From positions 1 through 64,000 of the IMG/VR virus record IMGVR_UViG_3300025534_000006: a stretch of 64,000 nt of DNA; one strand, given 5' to 3'. The stretch is from a virus (taxonomy: Duplodnaviria > Caudoviricetes). Both the position numbers and the translations under genes were made by a program. Under the pieces are notes generated by a model. That model was not told the DNA's origin and made no database searches. It saw only the letters and a list, made by a program, of their open reading frames with translations. Positions 9,534 to 18,921 of this stretch are shown here, one piece after another. The first letter of the stretch is position 1. Every line of letters starts with the position of its first letter.

Positions 9534-9540
9534 TATTTAG
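9534..9540 (-). promoter_or_regulatory. Late promoter TAAATA
   Basis: CTAAATA upstream of fibre 9445. Confidence 0.6.
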
Positions 9541-9544
9541 GATC

Positions 9545-10265
9545 GGTGACATGGCGACACGGGCGCTCGCTCCTCGCGCCCGTGTGCCGCAGGGCGGGCG
9601 CTCGCTTCGCTCGCGCCTTGTCGCCCTGCGGCTTCCGACATGTCGGGTGATGCGGGCTTTGGAGCATTCGTCGGATTTGAAGGTTGGATGATTCTGATCG
9701 TGTCAGCCGAGGAGAATGTCGCCTTTCTCCCCCGGCATCCCGGCGCGAATCCATAGACATGGACAGGCGCGAGATGACGAAGGAGAGAAGGCGACGGAAC
9801 GGGCTGTGTCAGCCATCGGGTCAGTCGTTCGATAAGCGGCGATCCGGCTTTACGCCGGAAGCTGGCGGTTCCCCGGAACCAGCATGTGACCGCCCTATCC
9901 CGGTCGGCCGCACCTACGATGGGATAGGGGCTTGTCGCGGATATCCAGTGGCTTAATCACGCGGGCCTTGCACCCCGGTCGGCCTTGGTGACCTGAACGG
10001 TTACGGGCAGGATTGCCCGAGCACGTGCGCCCAGCTATCGAAGGACCGGGCACACGCGGATAGTTGTCAGAGCGTAGACAGAGCTATCCTCTTGAGAGTG
10101 CCTTTCGCGGGAAAATATGCCCCGCAGGGCGGCCGTTACTCACCTCACTGACGCGAGCGGGTGATGTCCGTCCCTATGGCCGCGCTGCCGGGCGGTTCGG
10201 TCTGAGTCCCGAATGGCCCTTGTGGGCGGGGGAGGCCCGATGATTGCCCCCTGCGCTGGTATGCC
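9545..10265 (-). ncRNA. Candidate large structured non-coding RNA (or structured cis element)
   Basis: No credible ORF in about 750 nt; dense hairpins (9557-9585, 9589-9629, 9718-9795, 9843-9859, 9861-9883, 9893-9929, 10004-10019, 10058-10089); sigma70-like promoter reading into it. Confidence 0.45.
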
Positions 10266-10268
10266 CCG

Positions 10269-10298
10269 ACCATATGCGGGCGCCGGATCATTTGTCAA
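10269..10298 (-). promoter_or_regulatory. sigma70-like promoter
   Basis: TTGACA-N18-TATGGT. Confidence 0.5.
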
Positions 10299-10341
10299 TA
10301 AATCCGTGCAGAGCACCACGATATTCCCGTGCGCCGGATCG

Positions 10342-10370
10342 TTGAGATTCCGGCGGGACTAGGCTATGGT
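10342..10370 (+). promoter_or_regulatory. sigma70-like promoter (divergent partner)
   Basis: TTGAGA-N17-TATGGT upstream of 10407. Confidence 0.5.
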
Positions 10371-10406
10371 GTGAGCCAAAACGATCTCCGCATTTGAGAA
10401 ACTCTT

Positions 10407-11567
10407 TTGGAAAAGATTGTCCCCCTGCATACGCTGGTCCTCGTCGCGGGCAGTGACCCCGAGGGCTGGTTCGGTATATTTCCGCCGCATGAGGTAGTGG
10501 CCCCGGCTGCGGTTCAGCATGATCTCGTCGGTCCCGGAGACCGGCCGGACCTGTCCGGCATCGTCGCCGCCGAGGTACGCCGTCGCGTGGCCCTGAAACT
10601 CTCCCTCGGTGAGAGGGTCGTCGTGGATGCGCACGACCTGAGCCGGGACGCCCGCCTCGGGCTCTGCCATCTCGCCCGCGCGCAGGGCTCACCGGTCATC
10701 TATCTTCTCGGCAAGACCGTCCCGGATGCAAATCTGCTGCACGGGGACGGCCTTGCCGTGGTGGTAAGGGCAGGGGAGGCGGTCCGTCCGGTCCTGCCGA
10801 TGCCGGACGATCCACTGACCGCCCTGCGGGCACGCTACCGGGGTGTGACGGTGGTGGGCGACATCCATGGTGACCGTGCCGCCCTGCGGAATGTCGTTGC
10901 GTGGGCGCAGTCGCGCGGACATTACCTCTGGCTTCTGGGCGACGTTCTCGACTACGGACCGGACAGCTTGGCGGTCGCCGAGGACACCTATGATCTCGTC
11001 ATGACGGGGCGGGCGGCGCTCACCTTGGGCAACCACGAGCGCAAGATCGCGCGCTGGATCGCCACGCAGGAAAGCGGCGGCACGCCGATGCGCCTGAGCG
11101 AGGGCAACCGGGTGACCGTCGAGGCGCTGCGCGCCCTTTCGGCGGCCGAGCGCGGGCGCTGGATCGGCCGGTTCCGTAGCCTGATCGGGCGATCCTGCCT
11201 GATCGGCCAGTGCGGCAGCATGATCTTCGTCCATGCGGCGGTTCATCCGCATTTCTGGGGCGGGGTGCAGAACCCCGACGACCGCGCCATCGAGCACTAC
11301 GCCCTGTATGGCGAGACCGACCCGAATACTCCACCGCCCGGCTACCGCAGGAGCTATGGCTGGGTCGAGCACGTGCCTGCGGGCCAGACGGTGTTTGTCG
11401 GCCACGACGTGCGCTCCAATGTGGCACCTCTCACGGTGGTGGGGCGCGCCGGAGGGCGCACCGTGTTCCTCGACACCGGCTGCGGCAAGGGCGGACGCCT
11501 GTCCACGGCCGATCTGCGCTTTGGCGCGGATGGTCAGTTGCGCCTCGAAAACTTCAACATCCATTGA
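10407..11567 (+). CDS. PNKP-like protein: degenerate kinase domain plus metallophosphoesterase
   Basis: GDIHGD, GDVLDYGP, GNHE, HA, GHD, LDTGC phosphoesterase motifs; N-domain has VVVDA but no Walker A GKS. Confidence 0.8.
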   Translation: MEKIVPLHTLVLVAGSDPEGWFGIFPPHEVVAPAAVQHDLVGPGDRPDLSGIVAAEVRRRVALKLSLGERVVVDAHDLSRDARLGLCHLARAQGSPVIYLLGKTVPDANLLHGDGLAVVVRAGEAVRPVLPMPDDPLTALRARYRGVTVVGDIHGDRAALRNVVAWAQSRGHYLWLLGDVLDYGPDSLAVAEDTYDLVMTGRAALTLGNHERKIARWIATQESGGTPMRLSEGNRVTVEALRALSAAERGRWIGRFRSLIGRSCLIGQCGSMIFVHAAVHPHFWGGVQNPDDRAIEHYALYGETDPNTPPPGYRRSYGWVEHVPAGQTVFVGHDVRSNVAPLTVVGRAGGRTVFLDTGCGKGGRLSTADLRFGADGQLRLENFNIH

Positions 11568-11593
11568 CACCGGAATAATGTGGTGAACCTGTC

Positions 11594-11600
11594 CTAAATA
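11594..11600 (+). promoter_or_regulatory. Late promoter TAAATA
   Basis: CTAAATA upstream of HNH gene. Confidence 0.6.
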
Positions 11601-11624
11601 CAGGGCGCCTTTTTAAGCCCGATC

Positions 11625-12212
11625 ATGGATGCGACACTGCTGCTCAACGCGGATGGTACTCCACTCAGCCTGCTGCCCCTGTCATCCATCGGTTGGCAGG
11701 ATGCATTGAAGTTCTTGTGGCCGGGTGAGGCGGAACCCCTGCACCTCTATGAGGACTGGTACGTGCGCAGTCCGAGTGTGGCGGTGCAGGTGCCAGCCGT
11801 GCTGATCCTGCGGCAGCAGGTCCCGGTGCGCCGTGCGCAGTACATCGGGGAGTACCCGGCGGCCGAGATGGTCTTTCTGCGCGACAACTACACCTGCCAG
11901 TATTGCCGCAAGGAGTTTCCCCGCAACGCGCTGACGCTCGATCACGTCCTGCCGCGCAAATTCGGCGGCAAGTCGCATTGGAACAACCTCACGAGCGCCT
12001 GTGAGCCGTGCAACGGCAAGCGGGGCCATGATGTGCGCATCCAGCCAGCGACGAAGCCGTTCCGGCCGACCTACCACCAGCTTATCAACAATCTCAAGCG
12101 GCGCCCGCTCATGGTCGGGCATCCGTCATGGAATTTCTATCTCGGCTGGCCGCCGGAGAACATCCGCCTGTGCGATCCGAGAAAACGCGAATCAGACGCA
12201 CGGGAATTTTGA
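11625..12212 (+). CDS. HNH endonuclease
   Basis: RDNYTCQYC...LTLDHVLPR..GGK..W.NL..AC..CN..R. Confidence 0.9.
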   Translation: MDATLLLNADGTPLSLLPLSSIGWQDALKFLWPGEAEPLHLYEDWYVRSPSVAVQVPAVLILRQQVPVRRAQYIGEYPAAEMVFLRDNYTCQYCRKEFPRNALTLDHVLPRKFGGKSHWNNLTSACEPCNGKRGHDVRIQPATKPFRPTYHQLINNLKRRPLMVGHPSWNFYLGWPPENIRLCDPRKRESDAREF

Positions 12213-12238
12213 CAAAGCCGGTGCAGGTTCACTACAAT
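12209..12238 (+). promoter_or_regulatory. sigma70-like promoter
   Basis: TTGACA-N18-TACAAT upstream of 12302. Confidence 0.5.
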
Positions 12239-12301
12239 GCCACGGTGCAGCGCAGATAAGCGCGATATTTGAGAGCACGATTTCCAAAAGGTGATTCCAG
12301 A

Positions 12302-12547
12302 ATGACCGATACCACCACCAACAACGAGCAGGCTCCCGGCCCGACCCTGTCCGTGACCGACATCCAGAACGCGATCCGCGTGATCGACTACGCGGCCGAG
12401 CAAGGCGCGTTCCGGGGTTGGAACACTATCGAGCAGGTGCTCTTTGTGCGCAACCGCATGAACGATTTCGTGCGCTCGGTGATGCCGCAGGAAGCGGAAA
12501 AGGCGCCCGAGGCGCCGACGACCGGGGAGGGCACCCCGACGGCCTGA
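12302..12547 (+). CDS. Hypothetical protein (jumbo-phage-type)
   Basis: DIQNAIRVIDYAAEQGAF; GC3-rich codons. Confidence 0.7.
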   Translation: MTDTTTNNEQAPGPTLSVTDIQNAIRVIDYAAEQGAFRGWNTIEQVLFVRNRMNDFVRSVMPQEAEKAPEAPTTGEGTPTA

Positions 12548-12641
12548 GCAGGGCTTGTCGAAGCAACTGAGCAACAGAACGGGTCGGCGCCGCGTGCGTG
12601 CGGCCCTTTCTGTCCATCCCGGCAACAAGGAAACCATTGAA

Positions 12642-13346
12642 ATGGCCCTCAACAATATCACGCGTCATGTCGGCAAGATCGTCGGCACCGATCAGCGCGT
12701 AGTCGTGCTGTTCATGCAGATTCCGGACTCCATGGACCGCGCCCTCGTGCTCCCCACCGATAACCTGCCTCTGCGTCTGGAACAGGCTGTCATGGACATC
12801 CTCCGCTCCCCCGAGGGGCAGGCCGAGGAAACCTTCGGCTTGGTTCTCGGCCGTCGGCTCCTGCCGGAGACCGGTCGCAGCGTCTTGGAGGCCCTGCATC
12901 ACGCCAATCTGCTCACCTCCGTCCCGGTCGAGAAGGTGCTGATGCTGCCGCAGCCGAACATGCCGGTTCCGCTGACGCAGATTCTCGCCGAACTCGGGCG
13001 GTCCACCGTTGCGGAGGAGGCAGCGGCCCCGCCGATGATCTACTCCGAGAGCAAGTTCAACCCGCACGCCGTCAACCAGACCGCCGCCTCGAACGAACAG
13101 CGCGTGGGCATCGCCCGCAACCTGCTGATCGAGGCCGATCTGCTTGAGGCCGAGGCCCGCGCGAAGCGCGAGAAGGCGTTCTCCTACGCCCCGGAGCTTC
13201 GCCCGCAGGAAGTCGCGCCGCCCAGCACCACCATCGGTGAGGCGACCGAAGGGCCGGAAGCGCAGGCGTTGAGCCTGCCCATCGGCAACAAGACGGCGGT
13301 AGCCAAGCGGCGTCCCGCCACCACCCGGAAGAAGCAGACTTCGTGA
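12642..13346 (+). CDS. Hypothetical protein (jumbo-phage-type)
   Basis: AAGGA RBS; RHVGKIVGTDQRVVVLFMQIP; GC3-rich codons. Confidence 0.75.
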   Translation: MALNNITRHVGKIVGTDQRVVVLFMQIPDSMDRALVLPTDNLPLRLEQAVMDILRSPEGQAEETFGLVLGRRLLPETGRSVLEALHHANLLTSVPVEKVLMLPQPNMPVPLTQILAELGRSTVAEEAAAPPMIYSESKFNPHAVNQTAASNEQRVGIARNLLIEADLLEAEARAKREKAFSYAPELRPQEVAPPSTTIGEATEGPEAQALSLPIGNKTAVAKRRPATTRKKQTS

Positions 13347-13684
13347 CCCATACCATCTGGCCGCGAATGGAGGCTGCGGAAGGCGAGCGGATGCAGGCCG
13401 ATGTGAAACCACCGAAACGCGCCACGCGGGACGATTATGTGTCCCGCATCGTCGCGGCCCGGATTCGCCAGTTCAACATGCCGGGCACCGAGCGGGATGT
13501 GCGCAACACGCCCAATGACTGGGTGGCGATTGCGGCGCATTATCTGTTTGATGAGGTGCGGCGGAACGCGGTCCAGCCGGACCGCGAGGCGTTCGAGGAG
13601 AGCCTGATCAAGGCGGCGGCGGTGATCCTCGCCGCGCTCGAACACACCGACATGATGCAGATGAACGGCCAGTTTTCCGCGTGA
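13343..13684 (+). CDS. Putative MazG-like NTP pyrophosphohydrolase
   Basis: Helical; NDWVA...DE...EESLIKAAAVILAALE pattern. Confidence 0.45.
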   Translation: MTHTIWPRMEAAEGERMQADVKPPKRATRDDYVSRIVAARIRQFNMPGTERDVRNTPNDWVAIAAHYLFDEVRRNAVQPDREAFEESLIKAAAVILAALEHTDMMQMNGQFSA

Positions 13685-13791
13685 AAGACGGCCCTCCCCA
13701 CGGAGGGCCGTTTTCGCCGGAAGCCTGCGATAACTTGCGATTTTTCCGGCCATTTTGCGCCCGTAAATACGAGACCGGGGGACTCGCAGGT

Positions 13792-14085
13792 ATGAACACG
13801 AACGACATCCTTGAGGATATCATCAGCGGCCTACAGCCGGAGGATGTGCCTGCACAGTACATCATCATGGCGAAGGTCATCGACCAGTACGGCGTTGAGC
13901 GCGTGATTCGTGGTGCGGAGCTTGAGGCGTTCCTCTCCGACCCCGACCGGTCCTTCGTCGCCGAGGCGCGCGTCATTCTCGACGTGAAGAAAATCCGCAG
14001 CGCCATCTTGGCCGCCGCCAAGGCGTTCTTCGACGACCTCCATGCCCGGATTAATGGCATGGACGGCGAGAAAGATGCAGACTGA
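13792..14085 (+). CDS. Hypothetical protein
   Basis: GCAGG RBS; GC3-rich ORF. Confidence 0.7.
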   Translation: MNTNDILEDIISGLQPEDVPAQYIIMAKVIDQYGVERVIRGAELEAFLSDPDRSFVAEARVILDVKKIRSAILAAAKAFFDDLHARINGMDGEKDAD

Positions 14086-14138
14086 CGCAGCGGACCGTGC
14101 TATCATAGGGGCATTTAAGAACCCTATTTGAGACGGAC

Positions 14139-14474
14139 ATGCGCTCACAAGAGCAGATGATGATTGAGGCACAGGCGAGACACATTTCCCGCCTGACCGA
14201 GGAACTCCAGAAAGCCCGTGGCGAGATCGGAAGGCTCGCGCAGTATGAGACGGCGGGTCGATGGTACCTTGCCATACAGAAGCTCGCCGCTGAGAACCCC
14301 ATGGTGGCCGAGGAGTGGGTGCGTTTCGTCGCTGTCATCACGCTCGTGTTGCCGGATGAGAAGTCGCTCGAACGCTACATGGACTTCGATGCGGATGGGA
14401 GCCGTCCCAAACTTCCGAACACTCCGAGCCAGTCCCTTCCATTCAGCCTCGGGCAGTTCCTTGACGGCATCTGA
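14139..14474 (+). CDS. Hypothetical coiled-coil protein
   Basis: ORF in tandem + strand run. Confidence 0.6.
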   Translation: MRSQEQMMIEAQARHISRLTEELQKARGEIGRLAQYETAGRWYLAIQKLAAENPMVAEEWVRFVAVITLVLPDEKSLERYMDFDADGSRPKLPNTPSQSLPFSLGQFLDGI

Positions 14475-14515
14475 TAGGTTCGAATTTTCAACAAGACATT
14501 TCACCGAAAGCGATT

Positions 14516-15508
14516 ATGACCAAGCAGACTGATGTGCTGGACAGTCCGAATTACCGGCCTGTCCTGAACCACGGTTTCGTCGGCCTCATCGACAAGATGG
14601 GCACCGATTCGTCCATCGTACAGGCCGCCCGTGTCTCCTACGGCGCCGGAACCAAAACCGTGAATGAGGATCGTGGCCTCATCCGCTACCTCCTGCGGAA
14701 CCATCACACGACTCCCTTCGAGATGGTGGAGTTGAAGTTCCATGTCCGGGCGCCGATCTTCGTCATCCGACAGTGGTTCCGCCACCGCACCGCCTCGGTG
14801 AACGAGGAATCGGCGCGCTACAGCGAGATGACCGACGAGTTCTATCTGCCGGAGTCGGAATTCATCCAGCCGCAGAGCAAGAACAACAAGCAGGGCCGCG
14901 CGGGTGTCCTCTCGGATCAGGACCGCAAGGGCGTTCTGTGGGTGATGGATGCTGCGTACGAGCACGCACACCAGTCCTACAAGGTGCTGCTGGGCGACCG
15001 CTCCGGCGACGCGAATGGCGAGCATTTCCTCGACGCATTCTCCTATGAGGACGGAAGGGAAGGGCTGGACCCGTTGTTCAGCGACGAGTTCAATGGGACT
15101 GCGCGCGAGCTTGCGCGGGCGGTGATGCCGGTCGGCGCCTACAGCGAATTCTATTGGAAGCTGAACCTGCACAATCTGTTCAACTTCCTCCGGCTGCGCG
15201 CCGATAATCACGCGCAGTACGAGATTCGCGTGTTCGCCGAGGCGATCATCGACCTTGTTAAGCCGCTGTTCCCGGTGGCGATGGAGGCGTTCGAGGATTA
15301 CGTCCGTGACTCGGTAACGCTGTCGCGGATGGAGCGTGAGCTTCTGATCGATCTCCTCGCGTCCGCTGTCGAGCAGTCGCCGGTCGGCCTGCTCTGCGAT
15401 TGGATCGCGGCGGCGGGCGGTGAGGCGGCGTTCGCCAAGAGTCGGGGCATGAGCAAGCGGGAGTTCACCGACTTCCGTGCCCGCTTCAAGCTGATTCCGG
15501 CCGAGTGA
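14516..15508 (+). CDS. thyX: Flavin-dependent thymidylate synthase
   Basis: QAARVSY, HTTPFE, RQWFRHRTASVNEESARYS signature, LRADNHAQYEIR. Confidence 0.97.
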   Translation: MTKQTDVLDSPNYRPVLNHGFVGLIDKMGTDSSIVQAARVSYGAGTKTVNEDRGLIRYLLRNHHTTPFEMVELKFHVRAPIFVIRQWFRHRTASVNEESARYSEMTDEFYLPESEFIQPQSKNNKQGRAGVLSDQDRKGVLWVMDAAYEHAHQSYKVLLGDRSGDANGEHFLDAFSYEDGREGLDPLFSDEFNGTARELARAVMPVGAYSEFYWKLNLHNLFNFLRLRADNHAQYEIRVFAEAIIDLVKPLFPVAMEAFEDYVRDSVTLSRMERELLIDLLASAVEQSPVGLLCDWIAAAGGEAAFAKSRGMSKREFTDFRARFKLIPAE

Positions 15509-15514
15509 GGGTGG

Positions 15515-15538
15515 GAAGGGCGCCCGGAGGCGCCCTTC
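15515..15538. terminator. GC-rich hairpin after thyX
   Basis: GAAGGGCGCC-CGGA-GGCGCCCTTC perfect 10-bp stem. Confidence 0.6.
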
Positions 15539-15650
15539 ACCGTATGGGCGGTTCCGGAACCACCAAAATAAATCCGGCGAAACCGCATTTTTCGGTTGCG
15601 TTGCCCGGCGGTTGCGGTATGATCCTTCTAACGAACGAGGGGGTCTGCCC

Positions 15651-15923
15651 GTGAGCAAGCTTCGCTTCTGTATCGTCGCCAAGAGCAAGACCGATTCGAC
15701 GCTCGACGCCTACCGGCGGCGGGATGGCAAGTTCGTCCTGAACTTGCGCTCCGAGGAGGCCGAGACGTTCGACAGCTATGCGGCGGCCTCGGCGAAGCTG
15801 GCCGAGCTTCGAGCGGACCCCTCGGTCCCCGAGGCGGTGCGGCACTCCCTTGAGGTCGCGGGCTATGGATGGCAGCCCGCGCCGGGCTACAAGGTGGCTG
15901 ATTATGCGCGGGCGGAAGCCTGA
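15651..15923 (+). CDS. Hypothetical protein
   Basis: GAGGGG RBS then GTG; GC3-rich. Confidence 0.6.
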   Translation: MSKLRFCIVAKSKTDSTLDAYRRRDGKFVLNLRSEEAETFDSYAAASAKLAELRADPSVPEAVRHSLEVAGYGWQPAPGYKVADYARAEA

Positions 15924-16005
15924 TCATGACCATCAATCTGCTTGGTTTCACCGGCTTCGGCCTTCTGGTCGCGGCATCGGGCAGTCTCATCATGGCAGAA
16001 GTGAA

Positions 16006-16182
16006 ATGCTGATGAGCAGCCTCCCGAACATCGAGGCCGTCCGGGCGATCCACCGCCAGCCCCAGACGCAGGCGGCCCTCAACGATCAACTCACGGCGCT
16101 GCGGGAAGCGGCCCAGCGCCTTGGGCTCTATGACGCAGCCGATTTCATCCGCGATGTGTTGGAGCGGTCGCAGTGTCGGTGA
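16006..16182 (+). CDS. Hypothetical small protein
   Basis: Coupled ORF in + run. Confidence 0.45.
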   Translation: MLMSSLPNIEAVRAIHRQPQTQAALNDQLTALREAAQRLGLYDAADFIRDVLERSQCR

Positions 16183-16490
16183 TCCACGTCGAGGCCCGGC
16201 CGGGACCCGAACCCGAGCGGCCCAAGCGCGGGCTGCTGGACCGGCTGTTCGGCGGCAGCGGAACGAGTGGTCGGATGCAGCCGAACCGCAACGAACAGTT
16301 GAAGATCACGGCAACATGGGTTAATACGGTGGGTGCCGGTTGCATCGTCGCCGGTCTGGTTGCCCCACTGGCCAACGCCCTTCTCGACGGGGCGTTAAAA
16401 TGGAATGTTATGGGCAGTGGTGTGATATGGATTGGGATCGGAGGTGGCCTACATCTGGTGGCGAGGACACTGGCAGGGAGAGTCACATGA
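16179..16490 (+). CDS. Small two-TM membrane protein
   Basis: NEQLKITATWVNTVGAG..VAGLVAP; two hydrophobic helices. Confidence 0.6.
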   Translation: MIHVEARPGPEPERPKRGLLDRLFGGSGTSGRMQPNRNEQLKITATWVNTVGAGCIVAGLVAPLANALLDGALKWNVMGSGVIWIGIGGGLHLVARTLAGRVT

Positions 16491-16586
16491 ATGAGCAGAT
16501 GCTTATCGCCGTCGGCACGACCATCGTGCTCGCGCTCGCCGTGGGTGCCTTCGGCCTCTGGTTGGGCCGTAAGTAGGGCAGGGGCC

Positions 16587-17162
16587 TCAGCCCCGCCCGG
16601 ACGCCCGCTCGATGGCTTCGGCCTTGGGCACGAAGCCGATGATCTCGACATGGGCCGGGTCGAACACGCAAACCGAGAGGACCTCGGCGCCGCCCTTTCC
16701 GGCCTTCCGTTCCGCCAGCACCACCCCGCCGAAACCGGCATCCCGCAGGATTTGCTCCATGGCGACCTGCGTCGCCGGGTCCGTGAACCACGGAAGATGC
16801 CCGTCTGCCGCATAGGCTTCGAGGGCCTTGAACTGCCCGGCGTCCATGACCTCGGCCACTCGCCTGCGGTGGGCCGGGTTGGTGAAATCGAGTACCGCAT
16901 TGGGCGCTAGATGGATGCGGCACAGGTAGACGCCGCTGGCTTGGCCGGGGTAGCGCGCCACCGCGTAACCGGCGGCGTAGCGCCAGCCCTCCGGGCTTTC
17001 TTTGGTGAAGAACAGGCCGCCCATATCGCGCCCATTGCGGGCGCCCCGCCGGAAATGCCCGCCGACGAGGGTTGCCGGGCCGCCGTGGAGCCACAGGGCG
17101 GACGGGTCGTAGTAGGAACCGGCCGAAGCCTGTTCGACGATCTGGATGAGGCGGCGCATCAT
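16587..17162 (-). CDS. ART-PolyVal-like ADP-ribosyltransferase-fold protein with MRxLIxxVE leader
   Basis: MMRRLIQIVEQ; WLHGG, GLFFT, YA, LRDAGFGGV, VFDP.HV; TAAATA about 9 nt upstream. Confidence 0.6.
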   Translation of the reverse strand: MMRRLIQIVEQASAGSYYDPSALWLHGGPATLVGGHFRRGARNGRDMGGLFFTKESPEGWRYAAGYAVARYPGQASGVYLCRIHLAPNAVLDFTNPAHRRRVAEVMDAGQFKALEAYAADGHLPWFTDPATQVAMEQILRDAGFGGVVLAERKAGKGGAEVLSVCVFDPAHVEIIGFVPKAEAIERASGRG

Positions 17163-17170
17163 GGCCGCCG

Positions 17171-17177
17171 TATTTAT
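17171..17177 (-). promoter_or_regulatory. Late promoter TAAATA
   Basis: ATAAATA upstream of ART 17162. Confidence 0.6.
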
Positions 17178-17206
17178 TCGGCCGGACGGTCTGATATGCT
17201 TCGAGG

Positions 17207-17581
17207 ATGCGCTTCGAGGCTGACCCGCCGATTGTCCATACGGTCCACCCGGCACCGGGGGCCGCCATCGCGCTCACCATTTACGAATGGGCCATCCTGC
17301 AACGCATTGTCCGGGACGAACCGGTGCGCCTTACGCCCCATGCGGCCGAAGCGGTCGGGCGCCTCGCCGAGATGGGCCTGATCGAGCGCGTCGGGGAGCG
17401 GCTGACCGCGACCAAGCTCGCCCGTCACGCCCTGATGTTGTTGCGTTTTCAGGACGGCTATGAGCCGCCCGTGCTCGAATGGATGGACGAACCCTATCGG
17501 GACGCCGAGGAATGGCACCGCGTCTGCGAGGACATATTCCTACGGAACGCCGATCAGTGGGAGAAAATGGAAAGCGGGTGA
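17207..17581 (+). CDS. Hypothetical protein, possible winged helix
   Basis: L.EMGLIER pattern; GC3-rich. Confidence 0.55.
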   Translation: MRFEADPPIVHTVHPAPGAAIALTIYEWAILQRIVRDEPVRLTPHAAEAVGRLAEMGLIERVGERLTATKLARHALMLLRFQDGYEPPVLEWMDEPYRDAEEWHRVCEDIFLRNADQWEKMESG

Positions 17582-17628
17582 GGGGATGTGCTATGAGGAC
17601 ATGAAATCCCTTTTCAGAAAGCCTTTCC

Positions 17629-17907
17629 GTGCGCAACCCAGCCAACACCCTTGATTGCCTCTCGGAGGAGTGCTCCGAGGTCATCAAAGAGGTCTGCAAG
17701 ATTCATCGCTTCGGTCCGGATAGCGCCCACCCGGACGAGCCGGATATTCCCAACACCAAGCGCCTTGAGCAGGAGATCGGCGATCTGCTGGCCGTGGTCC
17801 AGCTTGTCGTCGAGGAGACCGGGCTCGGCCTGACCTATGCAGGCATCGAGGATGCCAAGACGCGGAAGCTCGCCAAGCTTGAACGCTACCTGCCCCGGAT
17901 CGACTAA
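17629..17907 (+). CDS. MazG-like NTP pyrophosphohydrolase
   Basis: EECSEVIKEVCK...EIGDLL acidic motifs. Confidence 0.75.
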   Translation: MRNPANTLDCLSEECSEVIKEVCKIHRFGPDSAHPDEPDIPNTKRLEQEIGDLLAVVQLVVEETGLGLTYAGIEDAKTRKLAKLERYLPRID

Positions 17908-17987
17908 CCGCATAATTCGGTTGCCAACGGCATTTTCTGTTGTAAGCTGATTCAATCAGGAGTTGAGTCGTGGGCCGGACCGGGGTC

Positions 17988-18893
17988 ATGGCCTACAATA
18001 GGAAGGATGCGATCATGGCGCTGGAACCACACCCCAAGCACAAGAAACTTTGGGCACGGGCGCAGAGTGTCGCGAATTCCTATTACCGGCATGACCCGGA
18101 GGAGGCGCGTGCTTACGCCCTCCGGTTTTTCGAGAATCACGGCGGACGGTGGGTGGTGCCCGCCCCGAAGAAGCCAGCGCGGCGCCCCGCGCGGCGACCT
18201 TCCGGTGACCGTCTGCCGGTGGTGCATTCCGCGCAACCTGCGCGGCTGGAAGCTGTGCCGACCCCGCTCGGACGGGCCGAGACGCGGGTTTACATGCTGC
18301 TTGCGGCGCTCCGCATCCTGCTGCTGCACCATGAAACCCGCAATTGGGCTCTGGCCTGCATCGCCGGACCGAACGATGCCAAGAGCGGTCTGCGGGCGGC
18401 CACGGGCATCGTCGGCGCCGAACATCAAGGCATCGACGCTTTCCTGAACCGCCAGACCCAGACCGGGAAGTGGGCCGAGCAACTGAGCCGGTCGATCTTC
18501 GGCTGCATGGAGAACCATTGCCGCGCGATGCTTCCGGATGGGTGCGAGTGGGCGATTCTCAAGCTGGTCGGGGAATGGCCCGAGTGCAGCTTTGAGGAGC
18601 GGCAGGACGCGACCACCCGGCTCCTACAGCGGCTTTTGACGCTGGCGCCGGGGTCCGAGATCACAACGGCGCTCCATAACTTGGGCGAGGGCCGGGGATA
18701 CCTGCGGCATGACGTGTCGATGGACGAAAGCCCCTTGTATCAGCCCGTGTACACGCCCGCGTATGAGCCCGTGGCGGAGCCTCGTATCGAGCGGACGCCC
18801 GTGGACGGGATGATCAAATTCGTGGACGGCCTGCTGGGTGTCGCGGCCGGGTTCGGGCTCAGCCGAGCCGTCCGGAAGATGCTCCGGGATTAG
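17988..18893 (+). CDS. Hypothetical protein
   Basis: Long GC3-rich ORF; start uncertain. Confidence 0.65.
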   Translation: MAYNRKDAIMALEPHPKHKKLWARAQSVANSYYRHDPEEARAYALRFFENHGGRWVVPAPKKPARRPARRPSGDRLPVVHSAQPARLEAVPTPLGRAETRVYMLLAALRILLLHHETRNWALACIAGPNDAKSGLRAATGIVGAEHQGIDAFLNRQTQTGKWAEQLSRSIFGCMENHCRAMLPDGCEWAILKLVGEWPECSFEERQDATTRLLQRLLTLAPGSEITTALHNLGEGRGYLRHDVSMDESPLYQPVYTPAYEPVAEPRIERTPVDGMIKFVDGLLGVAAGFGLSRAVRKMLRD

Positions 18894-18921
18894 CCGAACC
18901 CACGCCCTTCGACGAAAGGCG

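Noticed and set aside
9503-9956. ORFs 9503..9760(-) and 9684..9956(+)
   Set aside because: Atypical composition, no RBS or GC3 bias; better explained by hairpins
9545-10265. tmRNA, RNase P RNA, tRNA cluster or intron
   Set aside because: No recognisable hallmark sequences by eye and no interrupted gene; kept only as unassigned structured RNA candidate
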